Positions 28,111 through 35,594 of a stretch of 64,000 nt of DNA are shown here, piece after piece. The position numbers were made by a program, and so were the translations under genes. The notes under the pieces are model-generated. The model saw only the letters and a program-made list of their open reading frames with translations, was not told the DNA's origin and did no database searches. Source of the DNA: Candidatus Gottesmanbacteria bacterium (GTDB lineage Bacteria; Patescibacteriota; Microgenomatia; UBA10105; UBA927). The stretch covers positions 64,915 to 128,914 of the forward strand of contig JAUXTO010000022.1 of NCBI GenBank assembly GCA_030679255.1, given 5' to 3'. The stretch's first letter is position 1, and the number at the start of each line of letters is the position of its first letter.

Positions 28111-28463
28111 CAAAAAAACAACCTCCACCACCTCTTCCAATTGGGTATTATTTCTTCCTTTTCTTCGTTTGTTTGGTCATTGGGATTTGTGATTTGAGAT
28201 TTGGGGAGTAATACGACAGTCTCCCCTTCCTTCCCCAATCCCAGCCGATTCCTCGCCTCCTGCTCGATAAACTCGGGGCTCTGGGCATAGTCAAGCTCCT
28301 TTTGAAGCCGCGCGTGCTCAGCCTCTACACGCCGGAGTACGGCCTGCCGCTCCCCTAGGATATCGCGACGGCGCCACAAATCCCAGATCGACCGCGATAG
28401 GTTTACGATCATAAACGCGCTCACCACGATGATAATAATTCGTATTACTCTCCATTTCTCCAT
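28110..28463 (-). CDS. septum formation initiator (FtsB/DivIC) family
   Basis: N-terminal TM, coiled coil and FIEQEARNRLGLGKEGE. Confidence 0.88.
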   Translation of the reverse strand: MEKWRVIRIIIIVVSAFMIVNLSRSIWDLWRRRDILGERQAVLRRVEAEHARLQKELDYAQSPEFIEQEARNRLGLGKEGETVVLLPKSQITNPNDQTNEEKEEIIPNWKRWWRLFF

Positions 28464-28491
28464 AGTATTTCTCCTCTCACCCCTCTCTCCT

Positions 28492-28540
28492 CTGTTTTCT
28501 GTTATCTGTTATCTGCTATCTGTTATCTGTTATCTGATCT
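28492..28540. repeat. 7-mer tandem repeat (CTGTTAT)n
   Basis: About six imperfect units, intergenic. Confidence 0.85.
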
Positions 28541-28663
28541 CTCCCTCCTTCCCCCTTGTGTCACGACTTCTTCTATGATATTATAGGTCATTAGATTCAG
28601 CCTCAAGAGTGTATGTACGCTCCAAATAGGCTTCCTGCCACGACCTGCTAACACAATCGATAC

Positions 28664-29545
28664 ATGACCACGACACCTATTGATCTTAAAACCGCCCACG
28701 TCCGGTTTGTGGAATATCTCGGGAGCCGTAAGCGTGCCCGCGCCACCATCGTAGCATACGGCAAAGATATAGAACAACTCGCCGACTTCCTCACCAATAT
28801 GGGGAAAAAAACTATTACAGAGGTCTCCCGCGATGAATTGGATGCGTTTCTCAAAAAGCTGGGATCGGACAACTATACCCCCAAATCCGTTTCACGGAAA
28901 ATCAACTCGATTAAGACGTTTTTCCGGTTTCTCAAAACAAATGGATTGGTTTCTGCCGATCCGGCCGTAGAGATCGAGCACCCCAAATATGACGTCAAAC
29001 CTCCGAGAATCTTGAGTAAACTTGAATACCGGGCGCTGCGGGATGCTTGCAGGGGAGACGCCCGCACGTACGCCATTGTCGAACTCTTTCTCCAGACCGG
29101 CGTCCGGATTGGAGAACTCGCGGCGCTTACTCTGACGGACATCAAAGATACCGAACTCCATGTTGCGGCCCAAGAGGGTCATGCGGCACGCAATGTGCCA
29201 CTAAATAAAGCGGCGAAGGAAGCACTCACGAGTTACCTCAAGGCCCGGGACGCGGTAACCGCCAAAGATCCGGCCAACACTGCGCTCTTTATTACCAAGA
29301 CCGGCAAAGCCCTCCTCATCCGCAACATCCGGACCTCAATCGACCGCTATTTCCGGATTGCCGGCATTGATGGGGCAAAGGTCAATGACCTTCGGCACAC
29401 CTTCATTGCCCACCACCTCATGGCAGGGACATCGATCATGACCCTCTCTAAACTCGTCGGCCACAAGCGTCTCTCCACCACCGAAAAATACCTCGAACTC
29501 GTCAAAGGTAAACAGACGGAGAACGTCAAATTAGAGGAGTTATAA
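28664..29545 (+). CDS. XerC/D-like tyrosine recombinase
   Basis: SAM-like N-terminal domain, TGVRIGE, NDLRHTF, LVGH and TTEKY. Confidence 0.92.
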   Translation: MTTTPIDLKTAHVRFVEYLGSRKRARATIVAYGKDIEQLADFLTNMGKKTITEVSRDELDAFLKKLGSDNYTPKSVSRKINSIKTFFRFLKTNGLVSADPAVEIEHPKYDVKPPRILSKLEYRALRDACRGDARTYAIVELFLQTGVRIGELAALTLTDIKDTELHVAAQEGHAARNVPLNKAAKEALTSYLKARDAVTAKDPANTALFITKTGKALLIRNIRTSIDRYFRIAGIDGAKVNDLRHTFIAHHLMAGTSIMTLSKLVGHKRLSTTEKYLELVKGKQTENVKLEEL

Positions 29546-30050
29546 GCGCGGCTTCTTCCCGGCACCACGGAGAATAGACATTTGGATTCTTTTTGATTTC
29601 TTCCAAAAACTCCTCCCACTTCATCCATTTCCACGCGTCCACTTCTTTGGGGTCCGGCTTGGGGTCAGTATCGCAATATCCCACCAACACAGGACAAATC
29701 TCGTTTTCCACAATGCCATTGCTATCGGTAAACCGATATCGATACGGCGCCACTTCTTTTATGTCTCTTATGTCATATGTCTTAAGTCCTAATTCCACAT
29801 CCAACCGCCTCTTGGCGGCCTCGGTTACCCCCTCCCCCGGAGCAGGATGTCCACATACGGTATTTGTCCACACACCCGGAAACGTTTTTTTCTTCGAGGA
29901 TCGCTTGGTAAGCAGCAGTTCTTTTTTAGAATTAAACAGGAAGAGTGAAAACCCCCGGTGCAGCGGCGTATCCGTCGTATGAACAGCATCTTTGAGAGCC
30001 GTCCCAATCTCATTATTTTTGTCATCAACTAATACAACAAATTCTTCCAT
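29526..30050 (-). CDS. idi: type 1 isopentenyl-diphosphate delta-isomerase
   Basis: LHRGFS, WTNTVCGHP, ENEICPV and YSPW. Confidence 0.95.
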   Translation of the reverse strand: MEEFVVLVDDKNNEIGTALKDAVHTTDTPLHRGFSLFLFNSKKELLLTKRSSKKKTFPGVWTNTVCGHPAPGEGVTEAAKRRLDVELGLKTYDIRDIKEVAPYRYRFTDSNGIVENEICPVLVGYCDTDPKPDPKEVDAWKWMKWEEFLEEIKKNPNVYSPWCREEAALITPLI

Positions 30051-30091
30051 ACGTATTTTCTATTATACGACAAAAAAAAAGGAACTCCACC

Positions 30092-30121
30092 TTGACAAAA
30101 AGATTATCTTAAGATAATCTT
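30092..30121 (+). promoter_or_regulatory. TA promoter with a perfect 22-bp palindromic operator
   Basis: TTGACA at 30092; AAGATTATCTTAAGATAATCTT at 30100-30121. Confidence 0.7.
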
Positions 30122-30126
30122 TATTT

Positions 30127-30378
30127 ATGAACATGCAAACAATATCCACAAAAACCCTCCGTGAAGATTTCTCCCAAGTGATCGCTGCTATGGAGATGGG
30201 CCAACCGCTCACGCTTCTCTACCGCTCGAGACCACTTGCTGAAATCAGGCCATTAGCACAAGCCAAAAGTGGACTCCGTTCATTTACAAAACAACAGCTC
30301 AAACAATGGATTGTCGCCGATTCGCTCACTGCTCGTGAACAATCCCAAGTAGATGCCATCATTAACGATCTTCCTTGA
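30127..30378 (+). CDS. Phd-like antitoxin
   Basis: TISTKTLREDF..YRSRPLAEIRP. Confidence 0.8.
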   Translation: MNMQTISTKTLREDFSQVIAAMEMGQPLTLLYRSRPLAEIRPLAQAKSGLRSFTKQQLKQWIVADSLTAREQSQVDAIINDLP

Positions 30379-30784
30379 CGCGTCTGTTATCCTCTCCGGA
30401 CTCGCCTCTCCGGGCGGCGGGTCGGGAAAACTCCTCGTGGCCGCCACCCAAAAAAAATTGACATTGCTCACGACGCCGCGTGTCATAGAAGAAGTGGTTC
30501 GGCACCTGGACAAATTGCATATCGCCCCAGGCGACCTTCATCAACTTCTCTCTGACAAAATAGTGCGACTGCTGGCTGACCCCAATGAGGAGACGATCAA
30601 AAAATTTCGTCGAGTCATAACAGACCCTGATGACGCCCACGTTCTGGCTGGCGCCGTGACATCCGGCGCAGGCGTTCTTCTTTCACTCGACAAAAAACAC
30701 GTCTTGGCTCCCAACGTGGTGAAAGCACTTCGCCCCATATCCATCCAATCTCCGAAGAGCTTTTGGAGAGGATTGCAGAAGTAA
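30353..30784 (+). CDS. PIN-domain toxin
   Basis: IFLDASVILS, DPDDAHVLA and LLSLDKKH. Confidence 0.9.
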   Translation: MPSLTIFLDASVILSGLASPGGGSGKLLVAATQKKLTLLTTPRVIEEVVRHLDKLHIAPGDLHQLLSDKIVRLLADPNEETIKKFRRVITDPDDAHVLAGAVTSGAGVLLSLDKKHVLAPNVVKALRPISIQSPKSFWRGLQK

Positions 30785-30804
30785 TCAGCATGGCATGTGG
30801 CCAC

Positions 30805-31527
30805 TCACTTCATGCTCGTTAGCACAAACGTTGCATCGTCATCAAGCCATTTATCACCATTCTGGTGGGCTTTAATATATGGTCGATATGCTAACTCTAT
30901 TGCCTCAATACCACCAATCATAAGCTGATTTGTAAAATTTTCCAACAATCGAATCATGTCATCTTGAGCAAGCATAAATTCATTATTACTCGCTAGATTT
31001 TCAACCATGTTCACCGCATTATGCGCATGATTTTTTGCGATAGAACCTATCACTTCGGGATGAAGAACCAATTGCAATCCTCCATCAGTGACCATCATTG
31101 CGTATCTTACGTCATGCAGAGAAGATGAACGAAGCGATTGGACCTCGATTTGACGGTTATCTACGCCAATATACCCAGGTATAGGACGAAGAATGCCATC
31201 CTCGCTCACCCAATAGATAAAATACCCCCCCTGCGCGGCTTTCAACTCAAATGAATATCCTTTCCCTAAATCTATACGCTGGTATGCAATATATTGTTGA
31301 TCATCATTATTCGTCAATAACAACTCAGCAACCTGTTCTGCTCTCTTTCTATTGCCATCACTCGTCGCTCCCGGACCATCAACCAGTACTAAACGACCAC
31401 CCCTACTCTTTACAACGTCTGCTCCCGCTGATCCATCTGAAGTCATCTGTATTGTGAGAACAGTATGATCACCAATTTTTTCTCTACGTGGTTCCAGGGC
31501 GATGCATTGAGGGATTGGCTCCGTCAT
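30805..31527 (-). CDS. hypothetical protein, possible divergent PP2C-fold phosphatase
   Basis: GAD, LVLVDG, MMVTDG and DDATFV occur in PP2C motif order. Confidence 0.5.
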   Translation of the reverse strand: MTEPIPQCIALEPRREKIGDHTVLTIQMTSDGSAGADVVKSRGGRLVLVDGPGATSDGNRKRAEQVAELLLTNNDDQQYIAYQRIDLGKGYSFELKAAQGGYFIYWVSEDGILRPIPGYIGVDNRQIEVQSLRSSSLHDVRYAMMVTDGGLQLVLHPEVIGSIAKNHAHNAVNMVENLASNNEFMLAQDDMIRLLENFTNQLMIGGIEAIELAYRPYIKAHQNGDKWLDDDATFVLTSMK

Positions 31528-31573
31528 ATGATTTACTCCGTATCTACTTATCAGATAAAAAAATAATAAATTG

Positions 31574-31645
31574 TGGGCCCGCTTGGTGACGATCCAAGTG
31601 CCCCCGTCTTATAAGGACGATGCTCTACCGATGAGCTACGGGCCC
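31574..31645 (-). tRNA. tRNA-Ile(UAU)
   Basis: GGGCCCG/CGGGCCC with A73, D arm GCTC/GAGC, anticodon arm TCGTC-CTTATAA-GACGG, T arm CTTGG-ATCGTCA-CCAAG. Confidence 0.88.
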
Positions 31646-31665
31646 CGAGAGCATTATACCAAATC

Positions 31666-32346
31666 TCATATCCTAGTCGCGTAATATTCGGCAATGGCCT
31701 TTATTCCCAATAGCACGCGTTCCTTCAGTCGGGCGTTATTAAAAATTAATCCACATGTTCCATGTCCATAACCTTTATGATCTACCATCATACGCAAACT
31801 TTTCTTTACATATGGCTTCTGAAATTGCGTAAGAGACAATTTCAACGTAGTGCTCCAATACAACATCTCTTTCTCCCTATCCATATCGCTATACAAATGT
31901 AGGCTTACGTGTATTCTCTCCTTTGGAACTTTGAGTATCTTTAGCAGCCAATAAAGATAGAACTTTACCACCATCGGATCAGTATTATTTAAAGCAATAC
32001 TCGTTGGAGTTCTTTTATTGCCCTCGCCCCAATAGAGAAAAAGTCCAGCTATTTCTAGTGATTTTAGATCGATAGGCACTAAACGTTTTTTCTCTTGAGA
32101 GTATATCTGTGACAGACGCGCTTGTCGTTTATTAAGTTTTACGATTCTCGTTTTTTCAACTGCTAATTCTCTACTTTTTTTCTTATTAACCGCTAGTGAA
32201 ACCATCTGATCGTTTGTTAACGGTTCATCACGCAACCACTCAGAAAGAGTACTTTTGGAGACGCGGAGTCGCTTTTTGATTTCTCCATACGTCATCCCCT
32301 GTTTTCTAAAAAAAATAGCTTTTCGTCTATCAATAACTCGAGCCAT
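31666..32346 (-). CDS. HTH + LAGLIDADG-like domain hypothetical protein
   Basis: N-terminal HTH (TYGEIKKRLRVSKSTLSEW) and AGLFLYWGEG..LNNTDP. Confidence 0.55.
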   Translation of the reverse strand: MARVIDRRKAIFFRKQGMTYGEIKKRLRVSKSTLSEWLRDEPLTNDQMVSLAVNKKKSRELAVEKTRIVKLNKRQARLSQIYSQEKKRLVPIDLKSLEIAGLFLYWGEGNKRTPTSIALNNTDPMVVKFYLYWLLKILKVPKERIHVSLHLYSDMDREKEMLYWSTTLKLSLTQFQKPYVKKSLRMMVDHKGYGHGTCGLIFNNARLKERVLLGIKAIAEYYATRI

Positions 32347-32422
32347 AATCGAACTTAAAAAGTTATACTGTACAAGTATAATACTAAATATCGAAAAAAT
32401 AATCTACAAGAGGAATATAGCG

Positions 32423-33784
32423 TCAAACCAGAAGGAGCCTTTCCATTTCCGCTTCCAATTCCAAAGCCCGCTTTTTATTCTGCCCGAAGATGATGTACTG
32501 CATCTGCCCCATCTCTAACATATTTTCAGAAACAAGAATCACACCTTCATGTGTTTTTTTATCAAACTGTACCGGCTTCAGCGTTTCTAACATTGAAATA
32601 AAGGTAAACTTTTTTCCCTGCGGCAAAGGATAGGTGTTGCACGAGAGCGTATACGTCTCATACATAAACTCTTTTCCGAATATTCGGTTAGCGACAGCAT
32701 AGACGTGCGTCCCGCCGGTACGCCGGACATTGGATTCTGTTACAAAAAGCTCCCCTCCCCGACCAGCGACAAAGTCCACATCGTAGTACCCGCGGTACCC
32801 CGCCTTGGCATACTGCTCGCCGACAAAAAATCCGGTATCGACCATCTGCGCCTCTACGCTGTCGGAAACTACGCTATGGTGTATCTCCACACCACGGAAT
32901 GAGCCCTGAGGGGTCACGCGCATACCACAGTAATACAAAAATTCTACCTTCCCGCTTTTTTGTACTTTAAACTCCACATTAGGAAACCCGCCGCCTACAG
33001 AAGGATTACAGGCGATATAGTCTTCTATGACAATGGGAAACCGGTCCCAGAATACGTCTTTCGAGAGAATCTCCCGGATTTTCTCGCGGCACACGCTATA
33101 CTGCTGCGGAAGTTCGCCGGGACGGAAGATAAGGACCCCGCTCCCCGAATGCCCTTTATTGGTTTTGATGACCACTCCATCGCGGGCGACGTATTTGTTG
33201 GCGGCGATACGCGCCGCGTCATCGATCCCCACGCAAAACATCCCGTCAGCCATACGCAGGTCCGGCTCTACTGCCCCGCTTTTTTGCACAAACTGCCGGA
33301 TGCCGGATTTACTGCCAAAAAAGTTGACAATCCATGCATCTTCCTCTTCCGGCGCTTCCGGGGTATGCACCGCAATCCCCCGCTCCCGCAAAACCTTTAC
33401 TAGCTGCAAAAACTGCAAGGATGTCGTGTAGGAGAGGAGCGTGAGCGATTTGTTTGAGCCCGAAGCGCTGACTAATTCCCCCATTATTTCTTCACTGCGC
33501 AGTATGTCTTCACAAATCTCTCCTGTGTGTTTTGGGGGCACAATCACCCGAGCGTTATTGATATTCATGATCTGGCTGTAATATGAGAGATACGTCTCGC
33601 TCACCAGACGCGGCAATACGTAGAGAATCCCGCCATTTGGGGCCACAGCAAAGATGTCGCGGTCTCCGAGGTGGGCGTTATCCTCGATCTCAAACTCAAA
33701 CATCTTTTTGTCGGAGATGCTCGATATGAAAGGCCACACATCCTCAGACATGTTGGCAATATAGACCGTAATTTCATCACCCAT
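32423..33784 (-). CDS. ATP-grasp domain protein
   Basis: VVIKTNKGHSGSGV, VIEDYI, GYYDVDF and TESNVR. Confidence 0.82.
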   Translation of the reverse strand: MGDEITVYIANMSEDVWPFISSISDKKMFEFEIEDNAHLGDRDIFAVAPNGGILYVLPRLVSETYLSYYSQIMNINNARVIVPPKHTGEICEDILRSEEIMGELVSASGSNKSLTLLSYTTSLQFLQLVKVLRERGIAVHTPEAPEEEDAWIVNFFGSKSGIRQFVQKSGAVEPDLRMADGMFCVGIDDAARIAANKYVARDGVVIKTNKGHSGSGVLIFRPGELPQQYSVCREKIREILSKDVFWDRFPIVIEDYIACNPSVGGGFPNVEFKVQKSGKVEFLYYCGMRVTPQGSFRGVEIHHSVVSDSVEAQMVDTGFFVGEQYAKAGYRGYYDVDFVAGRGGELFVTESNVRRTGGTHVYAVANRIFGKEFMYETYTLSCNTYPLPQGKKFTFISMLETLKPVQFDKKTHEGVILVSENMLEMGQMQYIIFGQNKKRALELEAEMERLLLV

Positions 33785-33882
33785 GATATTCAACACTATA
33801 TGTCCTGCAGAAAAAGTAAAGAGACAGTTTTCTGGGTGAGACGATTTGACAACATTGAAGTGTTACGTTATACTTTATAGAT

Positions 33883-34866
33883 ATGAAACAGATACTCGCC
33901 ACACTTGAGGCAAAAAAGCAACGTCTTGATGCCCATCGTCCACTCCCTTTGGCTCTTGTCCGTAACCTCAACGATTGGTTCAGCATCGAATTGACTTATA
34001 CCAGTAACGCGATTGAGGGCAATACGTTGTCGCGCGCTGAAACTGCGCTCATTGTGGAAAAAGGTCTCACGGTAGAAGGAAAAACGCTCAGCGAGCATCT
34101 GGAGGCAGTCAATCATGCGCAGGCGATCGAATATGTAGCCACACTGAGCAATCGTACGCGGGTTGATCTCACGCAAAAGCATCTCTTAGAACTCCATCGG
34201 TTGATTCTACAAAAAATTGATGATGCCAACGCCGGCCGGTATCGGAGCGTTTCCGTACGGATTGCCGGCTCCCGCGCTATCATGCCAAACCCCATGAAAG
34301 TCCCCCGCCTCTGCGATGAATTTATGACGTGGCTCACGAAAGCACAGGGCAATGAACTCATGATTGCCGCCGACGCGCACTTCCGGTTCGTCAGTATCCA
34401 CCCGTTCACCGACGGCAACGGTCGCACGGCACGGCTCTTGATGAACCTCGTATTGATGCAGGCCGGTTTCCCCCCGGCGATTATCCGCAAAGAGGATCGC
34501 AAACGGTACATCGACAGTATTGAGGCAGGGCAACTCGGAAAGTCACTGGACGACTACTATCAATTAATTTTTGAATCGGTCGACCGGTCGTTGGATATAT
34601 ATCTCGATGCCGTTGAGCAGAAAGAAAAAACGGATGTCATCACGAATAAAAAACAAATTAAAATTGGAGAGCTTGCGACACTCGCGGGTGAATCAGTCCC
34701 TACGATCCGGCATTGGACAAAAGAAGGACTCCTCGCCGTCGCCGCCCGCTCCCCCGGCGGATACCAGCTCTATGACGTGAGTCAGGTTGGGGTCATTAAA
34801 AAAATTATAAAACTGCAGGAGAAACGCTTCACTCTTGCAGAGATTAAAAAGTCACTCAACACCTAA
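33883..34866 (+). CDS. Fic protein with C-terminal MerR-type HTH
   Basis: SNAIEGN, HPFTDGNGRTAR and IGELA..TIRHW..GLL. Confidence 0.92.
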   Translation: MKQILATLEAKKQRLDAHRPLPLALVRNLNDWFSIELTYTSNAIEGNTLSRAETALIVEKGLTVEGKTLSEHLEAVNHAQAIEYVATLSNRTRVDLTQKHLLELHRLILQKIDDANAGRYRSVSVRIAGSRAIMPNPMKVPRLCDEFMTWLTKAQGNELMIAADAHFRFVSIHPFTDGNGRTARLLMNLVLMQAGFPPAIIRKEDRKRYIDSIEAGQLGKSLDDYYQLIFESVDRSLDIYLDAVEQKEKTDVITNKKQIKIGELATLAGESVPTIRHWTKEGLLAVAARSPGGYQLYDVSQVGVIKKIIKLQEKRFTLAEIKKSLNT

Positions 34867-34934
34867 AATACACCCCTCCATCATCAACATTATCGCCATT
34901 TCTGGCAACAACTCCGATGATGGAGGGGGTCTTG
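34865..34934 (-). terminator. conserved GCCA-N4-TGGC motif, copy 3
   Basis: Stem CCCCTCCATCATC/GATGATGGAGGGG, inner GCCA-GAAA-TGGC, T tail. Confidence 0.75.
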
Positions 34935-34956
34935 CGTCTTGAATCTGCGGGGTGGG

Positions 34957-35220
34957 TTAGGTGGTCATCGGTTCTGTCGCAAAGCTGTAAACCGACTTTA
35001 CGCCGGTAATATGTAGCTTTGGACCGAGCCCTGGTTCACCGTTGGTGACCAGATAATGATATTCTGGACTACCCCATGACGGGCTCACTCGCTCTAAAGT
35101 CGCGTTTCCATTTGCGACAATGCGACTCAACTCTGCCTCGAATACTTCGGGGTTAACTTTGCCTTCGAAGAACACCTCATTATTGATTTTGATTAGGTGA
35201 TTCATTGCAAATCCTTTCAT
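34957..35220 (-). CDS. small hypothetical protein
   Basis: GGAG RBS, long structured leader and terminator motif. Confidence 0.55.
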   Translation of the reverse strand: MKGFAMNHLIKINNEVFFEGKVNPEVFEAELSRIVANGNATLERVSPSWGSPEYHYLVTNGEPGLGPKLHITGVKSVYSFATEPMTT

Positions 35221-35554
35221 TATTTACTCCAGGTGTCATTCCATAAAACAGGAATCCTCTTTTTCTTTTTATTTTTCTCATCACTTCCTCTCTAAAATTT
35301 ATTGGCCGATCAGAGAGATTGAGACTATATCATCTCAACCTATTTAACCGGCCAATATCACCAAAGAATTCCTCCCGCAGATTGTCAAGGTGCTTCCGAG
35401 CACCGCAGTCCCGAACCGACGCCCCTCTGAGGCAAGGACGTAGCCCTTGCGAAGAGGTAAGTCTGGTTCTGGGATAACGTGCTAGAAAATAATGGTAAAC
35501 CAACAAAAAAACGCGTCGCTTTGTGACGCTCTTTATTGGCCTACGTATCAATGG

Positions 35555-35583
35555 AGTTTAGAAGAAGAAGATGAAGAAGTCAA
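35555..35583 (-). promoter_or_regulatory. sigma70 promoter with a (CTT)-repeat spacer, 17 bp
   Basis: TTGACT-TCTTCATCTTCTTCTTC-TAAACT. Confidence 0.65.
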
Positions 35584-35594
35584 ATGCTATAGGA

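Noticed and set aside
30100-30121. Palindrome as a dif site for the nearby recombinase
   Set aside because: No 11-6-11 dif layout; it overlaps a TA promoter, so an operator is more likely.
15806-34934. Classical integron (attC plus IntI)
   Set aside because: The motif lacks RYYYAAC/GTTRRRY ends, the copies are not in an array, and no IntI-specific insertion is evident in the recombinase.
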